From the NCBI GenBank assembly GCA_038087875.1, contig CM075991.1:12464001-12528000 (forward strand): 64,000 nt of DNA, in the 5' to 3' direction. The position numbers were made by a program, and so were the translations under genes. Below the pieces are notes generated by a model. It had not been told where the DNA came from, did no database searches, and saw only the letters and a list, made by a program, of their open reading frames with translations. This DNA comes from Malacoraja senta (taxonomy: Eukaryota). Positions 1-13,000 of the stretch are shown piece by piece (position 1 is the stretch's first letter; every line of letters starts with the position of its first letter).

Positions 1-340
1 ATGTGCAGGAGGAGGCCATTCGGCCCTTCGAACCATTCAATGTGATCCTGGCTGATCATCCACAATCAGTACCCCGTTCCTGCCTTCTCCCCATATCCCT
101 TGATTCCTTTAGCCCTAAGAGCTAAATCTAACTCTCTCTTTGAAAACATCCAGTGAATTGGCCTCCACTGCCTTCTGTGGCAGAGAATTCCACAGATTCA
201 CAACTCTCTGGGTGACATTTTTTTTCCTCAACTCAGTCCTAAATGGCCGACCCCTTATTCTTAAACTGTGACCCCTGGTTCTGGACTCCCCCAACACCGG
301 GGACATTTTTCGTGCATCTAGCCTGTCCAATCCCTTAAGA
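1..340 (-). mobile_element. CR1 LINE 3' end
   Basis: [10 protein letters not shown]...[17 protein letters not shown] plus the shared 3' UTR. Confidence 0.75.
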
Positions 341-1042
341 CACAAGGATCTGCAAGTGCTTGAGCCTTGAGTAAAACACAAAGTGCTGGAGTAACTTGCC
401 GGGTCAGGCCACATGTGTGGATGGAAGGAATAGGTGATGTTTCGGGCTGAGGTCAGAGATGGGACCAAACCTGAAATGTGATGGTGTCCATTCTCTCCAC
501 AGATGCTGCCTGGCCCGCTGAGTTCCTCCAGCACTCTGTCACTCATTTGGACATGGACCACACACCAACATCACAAGCAATGTAGTGATTGATGGAACCA
601 TACGGCACGGAAACAGGCCCTTCGGCCCAGCCTGTCCATGCCGACCCAGGTTGGCTTATTAGGCTAGCCCCATTTGCCTGCGTTTGGCCCATAGCCCTCT
701 AAACCCTTCCTATCCATATATCTGTCCATCGTCAAGTCAAGTCACTTTTATTTATATAGAACATTTAAAAAACATCTCTCGTTGGCCAAAGTGCTTTACA
801 TTTGTGGAGGTACTAACAACAGTGGTTCATAGATTAAATACAAACATTACTACATACATATACTGACTACATACTGACTGAAGATGGGTCTTGACCTGAA
901 ACATTGCCCATTCCATCTCTCCAGGATGCTGCCTGACCCGCTGAGTTGGGTCTATCTTCGGCATGGAGGAGTTGGGCTGAAGGGCCTGTGTCTCTGCTCT
1001 GTGACTCTGTGACTAGTTATTGACGTTTGTTTGGTGTTCCAG

Positions 1043-4000
1043 GTGTTCACAAGATTAAGTTCATCCCGGGGATGGTGGGGCCGATCCTGGAGTGACCTTA
1101 GTCCCAGAGCCGGAGCTGAGGAGATGCACCATTCCCATCTTCTTTGACATGATGCAGTGTGAATACAGTGTCAACCGTGGCATCCACGAGGTAAGGGTCA
1201 AGGCCAGACCGCTCCCCCGTGGACTCACTCGCACCCACCTGGCTGTAGACGGCCACTGTGTCTTCACCAGTGTGTCTCTGGGCTGGAGGTAGACCCGCAC
1301 CCACCTGGCTGTACATGGCCAGTGTGTCTCTGGGCTGGAGGTAGACACTAAAAGCTGCAGTAACTCTGCTTATTGTCACATGTATCGAGGGACAGTGAAA
1401 AGCCTTTTGTTTGCGAGCTATGCAGTCAGTGGAAAGACAATACGTGATTACAATTGATCCATTCACAGTGTATGGATTAATGATCAGTGCAAGGTAGAGC
1501 CAGTAATGTCCGATCAAGGATAGTCCGAGGGTCACCAATGCAGAGCTGCCAAGTTATTTTCCGTATTTTTGTGCGGGAATGCGTTAAGAATACGGATGTA
1601 CGGATTTGCTTTGTAAAATGCGGATTTTTAAAAAGTCGGCCTGACTTCCTGTTTCATCTTGCTGCTTAAATAATGCAGGGATTTAAAAAGTCCTACTGTA
1701 ACTCTAAACATTATAGCAGATTAAATCTATTAATATTTTAAATGTCAATATCTGGGTGATTATTTTTGTAAGCTTTGATATACCTGTCCCGCTACAGGTT
1801 TAAACAGCGCTGGCAGTTTAGCCCGTGGGAATTTAAACAAAGCACTATGGCCGCAGCGCTATGGGTCAAAGACTGTTCGGGGAGGGAGAAAGAGAGAGGG
1901 AGAAGGAGAGAGGGAGCGAGAGGGAGGGAGGTAAGAAGAGAGGGAGGGAGGAAAAAGAGGAGGGAGAGAGAGTGGGAGGGAGGGAAAGAGAAGGAGGGAG
2001 AGAGAGAGCGAGGGAGGGAGGGAGAGGGAGAGACAGAGAGGGAGGGAGAGAGAGAGGGAGGGAGGGAGAGAGAATACTCGCTAGAATTTAGGAGGTTGAG
2101 AGGGGATCTTATAGAAACGTACAAAATTCTTATGGGGTTTGGACAGGCTAGATGCAGGAAGATTGTTCCCGATGTTGGGGAAGTCCAGGACAAGGGGTCA
2201 CAGTTTAAGGATAAGGGGGAAATCCTTTAAGACCGAGATGAGGAAAAACTTTTTTCACACAGAGAGTGGTGAATCTGTGGAACTCTCTGCCACAGAGGGT
2301 AGTTGAGGCCAGTTCATTGGCTATATTTAAGAGGGAGTTAGATGTGGCCCTTGTGGCTAAGGGGATCAGGGGGTATGGAGAGAAGGCAGGTACGGGATAC
2401 TGAGTTGGATGATCAGCCATGATCATATTGAAGGGCCGAATGGCCTACTCCTGCACCTATTTTCTATGTATCTATGTATCTATGAGAGAGAGTGAGGGAG
2501 GGAGAGAGGGAGGGAGGGAGAGGGAGGCTTCCAAAATGGCTTCTACATCATGATCTGGTGCTGAAAAGCAGGAAGCAGCCGTTCAAACAGCAGTATACAA
2601 AGAGATGGCAATGAATGTCCAGTAAGGTGCGTAGGAGACATGTCCATTGGGAGCAAAGTTATACATTCTTGTACTCTTCATGGGTATTTCCGCACATAAA
2701 AAACAACATTTCTTTCAGCAAAATGGCACCGCGTAAAAATACTGATTTCCTCAGCAAAATACTGAGTTTCAGGTACTAGAATACTGAAATGCTCTGACAT
2801 AACTTGGCAGCTCTGCCAATGAGGTAGATAGTAGTTCAGGACTGTTCTCTGGTTGTGGTAGGGATGGTTCAGTTGCCTGATAACAGCTGGAAGAAAGTGT
2901 CCCTGAATCTGGAGCTGTGTGGTTAGACAGCATCTCTGGAGATAGAGGAATAGGTGACGTTTTGGGTTGAGACCCTCAAACCTCTCTCCAGAGATGTTGC
3001 CTGCCTGTCCCGCTGAGTTACTCCAGCTTGATGTGTCTATCTTTGGTGTAAACCAGCATCTGCAGTTCCTTCCTACAAGTGTCTATGAACATTGATCCCA
3101 TAGACTCACTGAGTTGTTCAACCCACCACTTCTTTGTTGAGGATCGATGCAAAATGCTGGAGTAAACTCGGAGTAAAACCCATGCAGGTCACGGGGGGGG
3201 GGGGACGTGCAAACTCCATGCAGACAGCGTCCGTAGTCGGGATCGAACCCGGGTCTCTGGCGCTGCATCTGCTGTAAGGCAGCAACTCTACCGCTACGGG
3301 TGCTGTCTGCACGGAGTTTGCACGTGACCTGCGTGGGTTGTCTCCGGGTGCTCCGATTTCCTCCCACAATCCAAAGACGTGCGGGTTTGCAGGTGAATTG
3401 GCTTTGGTGTAAAGAATTGTAAAGGGTCCCTAGTGTGTGTGCGTGTGTTGGGGGGGGGGGGGGGGGTGATCGCTGGTCGGCGTGGACTCGGTGTGTCGAG
3501 GGGCCTGTTTCTCCCAGCACTAAAGTCTAAAGAGATGTAGAACGTGTGGAGACGTGAGGGGGACATTGAACACACTGAACTTCTCTTTCAGTTTGAGAAC
3601 GAGCTGATCACTAAACTGGACCAGGAGGTGGAAGGAGGCCGGGGAGATGGACAATACAAGGTGCTCCTGGAGAAAATGTGAGTCCAGACGTCACATTGTC
3701 CTGTGTATTGGGAACTGGCTGAATGTGTAGCAAGGAACTGCAGACGCTGGTTTACACCCTAGACATGCTGGAGTAACTCAGCGGGGACAGGCAGCATCTC
3801 TGGAGACAAGGAATGGGTGACGTTTTGTGTCGAGACCCTTCTTCAGACTGGTTAGGGATAAGGGAAACGAGAGATATAGATGGTGATGTGGAGAGATAAA
3901 GAACAATGAATGAAAGATATGTAAAAAAAGTCACGATGAGAAAGGGAACTGGCCATTGTAAGCTGTTTGTTGGGTGAGAACGAGAAGCTGGTGCGACTTG

Positions 4001-7000
4001 GGGTGGGGGAGGGATAGAGAGAGAGAGAGGGAATGCCGGGGGGGTGAGGTGGGTGGGGGGGGGGGGTGAGGTACCACACTAACTGCCCCCTCCCCGTGCC
4101 GCAGCTTGCTGGAGCAGTGCCGGCAACACAAGTACCTGGCGGTGAGTGGCGAGGCGTTTTGTGTTGCTAGTGACCAGTTGCTGGAGAAGTTGCTGGATTA
4201 CCGTACCATCATGCTCGATGAGACCAAGGAGCATCACATGAGCTGCACCGTCAACGTGCTGGTGAGGGGGGGAAGTGAGGTGAGGGGGGGGGTGGGGGCA
4301 GAGGGCAAGGTGGGGGTGGTATGGTGGGGGCGGTGGTTTAGGGGAGGGGGAGTATGTGGGGGTGGGTGGTACCTCTGTACAGGAAAGGGCGGAGTGGTCT
4401 TTTGGAAGGGGAGGAGGTGGTATAGAGGGAGGGAGGGGGTACAAAGGGGGGAGAGGGTGGAGGTACGAGGAGTGGTGGTAAAGGGGGGGGGGGTTCATGG
4501 CAGGTGGCTCAGGATGGCCGGGCTGGGCCTTCACCACCGGTGGTTCCTAGTAAGGGGGAGGGGGTGGTTTCAAGGTTGGGGTGGGGGTGGGGGGGTGATG
4601 TAGGAGGGAGTGACACACTGTGCTCCCCCTCTCCCCACAGAACTTCTACAAGGAGAAGAAACGAGAAGACATTTACATCAGGTAGGGAGGTGTTTAATCC
4701 TGACGTGGCATGGCTGTCAGTCTGTAGCTTGTGGATAAATCCACAGAGGGACCAGATGCTGGGAACCATGTTGTGGTGTTTTAACCCTCTCCCAAATTAT
4801 CCTGGATGAAGTCAACCTAGGAACCAACCATCAGTGTCTGGTCTGGAGAATGTACTTGCAGAGGAAGGAACTGCAGATGCTGCTGTACATCGAAGATAGA
4901 CACAGAGTGCTGGAGTAACTCACCGGGTCAGGCAGCATCTGTGGAGAACATGGATAGGTGACGTTTCACAGAGTGCTGGAGTAACTCAGCGGGTCAGGCA
5001 GCATCTGTGGAGCGAAGGAAATGGGCAACCTTTCGGGCCGAAACCCTGAAGGAAATAGGCAACATTTCGGGCCGAAACCCGAAGGGTTTCGGGCCGAAAC
5101 GTTGCTATTTCCTTCGCTCCATAGATGCTGCCGGAACATGGATAGGTGACGTTTCACAGAGTGCTGGGAGTAACTCAGCGGGTCAGGCAGCATCTGTGGA
5201 GATACAGCAAGCAGCAGGTTATATATTGCTGTTGGTTATTCTTGATCAGTACGGGTGTCGGGGGTTATGGGGAGAGGGCAGGAGAATGGGGTTAGGAGGG
5301 AGAGATAGATCAAGCCGTGATTGAATGGTGGAGTAGACTTGATGGGCCGAATGGTCTAATTCTGCTCCTATCACAAGGATCTGGGGTCCTTGTCCATTAG
5401 TCAATGAAAGTGCGCATGCAGGTACAGCAGGCAGTGAAGAAAGCAAATGGCATGTTGGCCTTTATAACAAGAGGAATCGAATATAGGAGCAAAGAGGTCC
5501 TTCTACAGTTGTACAGAGCCATAGTGAGACCACACTGGAGTATTGGGTGCAGATTTGGTCCCCTAATTTGAGGAAGGACATTCTTGCTATTGAGGGAGTG
5601 CAGCGTAGGTTTACATGGTTAATTCCCGGGATGGCGGGACTGTCATATGCTGAGAGAATGGAGCGGCTGGGCTTGTACACTCTGGAGTTTAGAAGGATGA
5701 GAGGGAATCTCATTGAAACATATATGAGATTATTAAGGGTTTGGACACGCTGGAGGCAGGAAACATGTTCCCGATGTTGGGGAAGTCCAGAACCAGGGGC
5801 CACAAGGTGACTTGGAATAAATATTTATAAGAAGGATAGTAGGGGATGAAGGTGGATCATAGCTGGGAGCAGCCACAAAGTGACCACACTCTGACACCAG
5901 AATGCCAGCATGTCACCGCTCTCTGTCTGTGCCCATCAGGTATCTCTACAAACTGCGTGACCTGCATCGGGACTGTGAGAACTTCACCGAGGCTGCCTAC
6001 ACCCTGCTCCTTCATGCCGAGCTGCTGCAGGTAACGAGTCGCAAGGAACTGCCCATGGTGGTTTACAGCGAACATGGACACAAGATGCAGGGAGTAACTC
6101 AGCGGGACAGGCAGCATCTCTGGAGAGAAGGATTGGGTGACGGTTTCAGGTCGAGACCCTTCTGAGATGTCTCATTATCTCTCGTTCCCCTCTCCCCTCA
6201 CTCTCAGTCTGAAGAAGGGTCTCGACCCGAAACGTCACCCATTCATTCTCTCCAGAGATGCTGCCTGCCCCGCTGAGTTACTCCAGCACTCTGTGTCATG
6301 GCGTTGTAGGGGATGTGTAGCCAGGGTGAGGGGGGGGGTGGAGTGGGCACTGATGGGATGTTGTTCAGTCCGTGGCGCGGTTTCTGTGCGGTGTGTGTGC
6401 CGTGCCGTGCTGGTCCCTGGCTGTGCCGTGTGTGGTCCCTGTGGCCCCGGTCTGGTGCAGTGACCCTCCGCTCTCTCCCCAGTGGTCTGACCGGCCGTGT
6501 GCTGCCCACCTGGTTCACCGGGATGACTGCCCGGCACTGAGTCACCGCGAGCTGAAGGAGCGTCTGTACCAGGAGATCATCCACTACTTCGACCGCGGCA
6601 ATGTCAGCGCCACCACGCCACTCCCACCGTCACCCCTGACCTCACACCCGTCATCCCGTGAACCCCGGCACTGTGACCTCCGGCACCGTGACCCTCTGAC
6701 CTCCATCACCGTGACCTTCGGCACCATGACCCCTTGATCCCATGCCATGACCCCTGTCACCGTGACCCCTGACCCCACACCATCATCCCGTGACCTCTGG
6801 CACCGTGACCCGTGACCTCCGGCACCACGAACACTTGATCCCACCACGTGACCTCTGGCACTGAACCCGTGACCTCCTGCACCATGACCCCATGACCTCC
6901 ATCACCGTGACCTCTGGCACCGTGAGCCCGTGACCTTCGGCACCATGACCCCTTGATCCCACGCCGTGACCCCCTGTCACCGGGACCCATGACCTCTGAC

Positions 7001-10000
7001 ACCGTGACCCCCACACACTGTAACCCCTGATGGTGTGATGCCGACACACACCTTGACAACGTGACCCCCGGCCACACTGTGACTCCCCTCCCAGTGGGGG
7101 GGGGGGGTGGGGTGGGGGCGCTTTGCGAGGTGGTAACCCCCCCCCCCCCCCCCCACCACCACAGATGTGGGAGAGCGCCATCAGGCTGAGCAAGGAACTG
7201 GCCGCCATGTATGAGAACGAGGTCTTCGAGTACGAGGAGCTCAGTCACCTCCTGGTGAGTGGGGGGGGGACAATGGGGGGATTCATGGGGGGACGGGGGG
7301 AGGGGAGGGTGTGTGATCTGGGGGGTGATTGGAAATAGAGGGAGGAGGGGGATGAGATACTTGGGGGTGGGGGTGATGTGGGTGGGGTGGGTGACCACTG
7401 GGGTGGGGGGGGGTGGGGGTAGTGTGGGGTGGGTTGACCACTGGGGTGGGGTGTGGACCCACTGACCGCTCCCCCTGGCCGCAGAGACAGCAGGCGTGTT
7501 TCTACGAGAACGTGATGCAGGCGATGAGGCCCCCCCTGAGTATTTCGCCGTGGGGTTCTACGGACAAGGCTTCCCCTCCTTCCTCAGGGTGAGTCTGTGG
7601 GGCCCCTCCCCTCTCACAAACCGTCCCCTCCTCCGCAAACCGCCCCTGTACTGGGCTCTTCTCCGAACTGTCCCACCCATCAGAGGGGATAGGAGGGTGT
7701 GGGAGGGCAGCAAGGCCACTGCTCCCCCCACCCTACTCTCCCCATCAAATGGACACTGGGTTCGAACACGGGACACTGGGCTCGGACACTGGGCTCGGAC
7801 ACTGGGACTGGACACTGGGCTCGGACACTGGGCTTGGACACGGTACACTGGGCTCGGACACTGGGCTCGGACACTGGACACTGGGCTCGGACACTGGCCA
7901 GTGGGCTGGAGACTCAGACACTGGGCTCGGACACTGGACTTGGACACTGGACACTGGGCTCGGACACTGGCCATTGGGCTGGAGATTCTGACACTGGACA
8001 CTGGGCTGGACACTGGACACTGGTCACTGGACACTGGGCTCGGACACTGGCACTGGGCTGGAGACTCAGACACTGGGCTCGGACACTGGACACTGGGCTT
8101 GGACACTGGACACTGGGCTCGGACACTGGCCACTGGGCTGGAGACACTGGACACTGGGCTTGGACACTGACCACTGGGCTGGAGACTCTGACACTGGACA
8201 CTGGGCTCGGACACTGGGACACTGGTCACTGGCCACTGGGCTGGAGACTCAGACACTGGGCTCGGACACTGGACACTGGGCTTGGACACTGGACACTGGG
8301 CTCGGACACTGGCCACTGGGCTGGAGACTCAGACACTGGGCTTCGACACTGACCACTGGGCTGGAGACTCTGACACTGGACACTGGGCTCGGACACTCGG
8401 ACACTGGTCACTGGCCACTGGGCTGGAGACTGACACTGGGCCTCTGCGGCCTCTGTGCCCGACAGAACAAGATGTTTGTGTACCGGGGCAAGGACTATGA
8501 GCGATACGAGGATTTCCGCCTCAGGCTAGGCCACGCAGTTCCCCAACGCAGACAAGATGAGCAGCACTGCGCCTCCCGGCGACTCCGTCACCAACTCCCC
8601 CCTCCAGCGTATCCTTTATTCTGGTTCTCTGCTCCATAGGAGGATGAGGGGGTATCTTATAGAATCATGAGAGGAATAGATCGGGTGGATGGTAGGGTCT
8701 CGTGCCCAGAGTAGGGGAATCGAGGGCCAGAGGACATAGGTTCAAGGTGGAGGGGAAAAGATTTAACAGGAATCTGAGGGGTAACCTTTCCACACCGAGG
8801 GTGGTGGGTGTATGGAACGAGCTGCTGGAGGAGATAGAGGCTGGGACTATAACAGCATTTAAAAGACATTTGGAGAGGCAGCATGGAGTTTATTGCCACA
8901 TGTACCGAGGTACAGTGACAAGCTTTTTGTTGCGTGCTAACCAGTCAGCGGGAAGACAATACATGATTACAATCGAGCCTGTCCACAGTGTACAGATACA
9001 TGATTAGGGGTTAACATTTAGTGCAGGGTAAAGCCAGCAAAGTCCGATCAAGGATAGTCCGAGGGTCACCAATGAGGTCGATGGTAGTTCCGGTTGTGTT
9101 GGATGGTTCAGTTGCCTGATAACAGCTGGGAACATGGATGAGAACATGTATCGCTGAGTTACTCCAGCATTCTGTGTCTGGTCTTGAGATTACTGCAGAT
9201 TGCCATTGGCTAGAATGGACTGTAGAATCCCCTACATTTTCCTTGAGCCTTGTCCCCTTTGATCTGTCCTTTCCACACCCTACCCTTCCTTATCTCTAGT
9301 CTCCCTCTCCCTTGACTCTCAGCCTGAAGAAGGGTTTTGATCTAGCAACGTCGCCCATTCCTTCTCTCCGGATATGCTGCTGCCTGTCCAGCTGAGTTAC
9401 TCCAGCACTTTGTGTCTATCTGTAAAGCAGCACCTGCAGTTCCTTGCTCCACTGTGAGTGTTGTGGTCTCAACCTTGACCTCAGTTCCCAGATGTCCAGT
9501 GTTTCACGGTGAAGCCGGTGTTGAACCTGCCGCTACAGTTCAAGGACAAGCCCGTTCCAGAGCAGATCCTGAAGTAAGTCGAGTCTTTTAGTTGGGTTTA
9601 GAGATACAGCGCGGAAACAGGCCCTTCGGCCCATCGAGTCCGTGCCAACCACCAATCCCCGCACACTAACTCTACCCTCACACACACTAGGGACAATTTA
9701 CACACACTCCAAGCCAATTAACCTCCAAACCTGCACGTCTTTGGGCTGTGGGAGGAAACCGAAGATCTTGGAGAAAACCCACGCGGGTCACGGGGAGAAC
9801 GTGCAAACTCTGTACAGACAGCACCCGTAGTCGGGATCGAACCCGGGTCTTTGACGCTGCATTGGCTGTAAGGCAGCAACTCTACCGCTGCGACACCGTG
9901 GCTGCCCTGGCGCGGGCGTGTACTGGTACACTGCGCTCTCCGCCACGTGCCCTGGTGTTCCCACCTTAGACAGAGTGCCAGCATCAGCCGGGCATGGTCC

Positions 10001-13000
10001 ACAAGGACAGGTAGAAAGACAGAGATTCACGAGGATGTTGCCAGGACTAGAGGGTGTGAGCTACAGGGAGAGGTTGAGTAGGCTGGGTCTCTGTTCCATG
10101 GAGCGCAGGAGGATGAGGAAGGATCTTATAGAGGTGTATAAAATCATGAGAGGAATAGATCGGGTAGATACACAGAGTCTCATTGCCCAGAGGGAATCGA
10201 GGACCAGAGAACATGGGTTCAAGGTGAAGGGGAAAAGGTTTAATAGGAATTTGAGGGGTAACTTTTTCACACAGAGGGTGGTGGGTGTATGGAACGAGCT
10301 GCCAGAGGAGGTGGTTGAGGCTGGGACTATCCCAATGGTTAAGAAACATTTAGACAGGTACATGGATAGGACAGGTTTGGAGGGATATGGACCAAACGTA
10401 GGCAGGTGGGACTAGTGTAGCTGGGCCAGCGTCGGCTAGTTGGGCTGAAGGGCCTCTCTATGAAACGTCACCTCTCCATGTTGTCGAGCGATGCTGCCTG
10501 ACCCGCTGAGTTACTCCATGCTGTGTGTGTGACCCGTACACTGGGAGTGAGCGTGTGTTGTGTTGTGTTGTGTGCGGTGCGTGAGGGTCAGATACATCAC
10601 CCTGGTCTTATCTCCTTGCAGCTTCTACCGAGCCAATGAAGTGCAACAGTTCCAGTACTCGCGGCCCTTCCACAGGGGAGAGAAAGATCCCGACAACGAG
10701 TTTCTGGTGAGACCCGACCCTGGTACTGCCCGCGGTCTCTGCCGTTCACTAGACCCAACCCTGGTACTGCCCGCAGTCTCTGCCGTTCACTAGACCCGAC
10801 CCTGGTACTGCCCGCAGTCTCTGCCGTTCACTAGACCCAGAGTAAAGAAATCCAGAGACACCGGCAGATTCAGACACTGGAAACTCACCCCCTACACTCG
10901 CGCTAACCCTTAGACACAACAAGCTGGAGTAACTCAGCGGGTCAGGCAGCATCTGCGGAGGACATGGATAGGTGACGTTTCACAGAGTGCTGGAGTAACT
11001 CAGCGGGTCAGGCAGCATCTGTGGAGCGAAGGAAATGGGCAACCTTTCGGGCCGAAACCCTGAAGGAAATAGGCAACGTTTCGGGCCGAAACCCGGAAGG
11101 GTTTCGGGCCGAAACGTTGCCTATTTCCTTCGCTCCATAGATGCTGCCGGAACATGGATAGGTGACGTTTCACAGAGTGCTGGAGTAACTCAGCGGGTCA
11201 GGCAGCATCTGCGGAGAACATGGATGGGTGACGTTTCAGACTGAAAAAGGGTTCCAATATGAAACACGAGTTTGAAGAACCGAAACGTCACCTATCCATG
11301 TTCTCCACAGATGCTGCCTGACCTGCTGAGTTACTCCAGCACTGTGTCTATGAAACGTCACCTATCCATGTTCTCCACAGATGCTGCCTGACCCGCTGAG
11401 TTACTCCAGCACTCTGTGTTCTGCATCTCCTGTTGTCTCTGGGTTTCTTTCCGTTGTGAACCAGCATCTGCAGTTCCTTGTTTCTACAAAGTGCGGAGGG
11501 AGGGGCAGGGGTGAGGGAGCGCCGTGCTGTGGGAGGTGGGTGGGGGGGGGGGGGGGGAACGAGATTCATAAAGTTATAGAACTATTCAGAGCAGAAACAG
11601 GCCCTTCGGCCCAACCCTTCCATGCTGACCACACTAGTCCATTGTATGCATTGGCCCATATCTCTCTCTACCTGTCCTATCCGTGCACCTGCCCAGGTAA
11701 AGGTGTGCATGCACACCTGGCTGCTGCCCGCGCGCGGCACCTTGCTCACCCACACAGAGGGAGACTGGTCACACCGTGTGCCCACGGTCTCTGGGGGGGG
11801 GGGTTGGGTCAAGGTGGGCCCCGGCTGGACGGCTGACTGACCTGTGGACTTGCCTTATAGACCATGTGGATCGAGCGGGTCACCTACACCACCGTCTACA
11901 AATTCCCCGGCATTCTGCAGTGGTTCGAGGTCAAGACAGTCACCGTGGTAAGTTTGCCCACCACCGGGGCAGCCCCGCGGCAACCCGCACCATCACACGG
12001 GGAGCGTGCAACTCCACACTGTCAGCACCCAAGCTCGGCATCGAACCTGGTTCAGACACTTCCTGACTCTCACGCTCAAAGGCGGGACGGTGCCGCAGCG
12101 GGTAGAGCTGCTGCCTCACACGCCAGAGACCCGGGTTCCATCCTGACTACGGGTGCTGCCTGTGTGGAGTTTGTACGTTCTCCCCGTGGCCCCGTGGGTT
12201 TTCTCCTGGCGCTCCGGTTTCCTCCCACACTCCAAAGATGTGCGGGTTTGTAGGTTAATTGGCTCGGTGTAAGTGTAAATTGTCCCTAGTGTGTGGGATT
12301 AGTATTAGTGTGCGGGGGGGGGAGGGGAGTCGCTGGTCGGTGTGGGCTGAAGGGCCTGTTGCCACGCTGTATCTCAAAACTAAACTAATGACGAGGTCCC
12401 ACAATGTCTAGTCATGCAGCATAGAAACAGGCCCTTCGGCCCATCGAATCCACCCGTCCACCCTAGGCCTATGTTATCCCATTTTCACATCCACTCCCGA
12501 CGCACCAGGGGCAATTTACAAAGGTCTTTGTCCAACCATCTGCCTATCGAACCCCCTCTCTCCTGTATCCACCTATCACTCACCAGGCTTTGTCCTGCCA
12601 TCTCCTCTCTTCCAATTTATCCTTCCCCCCTCCCCCCCCTCTACATCGACCCAGAATATCAACTATCCTTGTACTTCAGATAAGCTGCCCGACCCGATCA
12701 GTGACTCCAGCACTTTGTGTCTTTGTTCAATGTACATATGTGTAAGAAGGAACTGCAGATGCTGGTTTACACCAAAGATAGACACAAAGTGCTGGAGTAA
12801 CTCAGCGGGACAGGCAGGCAGCATCTCTGGAGAGAAGGAATGGGTGACGTTTCAGGTCGAGAGCCTTCTTCAGACAGATGGGTCAATAAAGTGGCGTTGA
12901 GTAAGAGTTGTACCGCCCGATCTGCTTGCAGGAGGAGATCAGTCCGTTGGAGAACGCCATAGAGACCATGGAGAGAACCAACGAGAAGATCAGCAACATG

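Noticed and set aside
7496..8639. TGLGHW-repeat ORFs
   Set aside because: Translations of the intronic GGACACT minisatellite.
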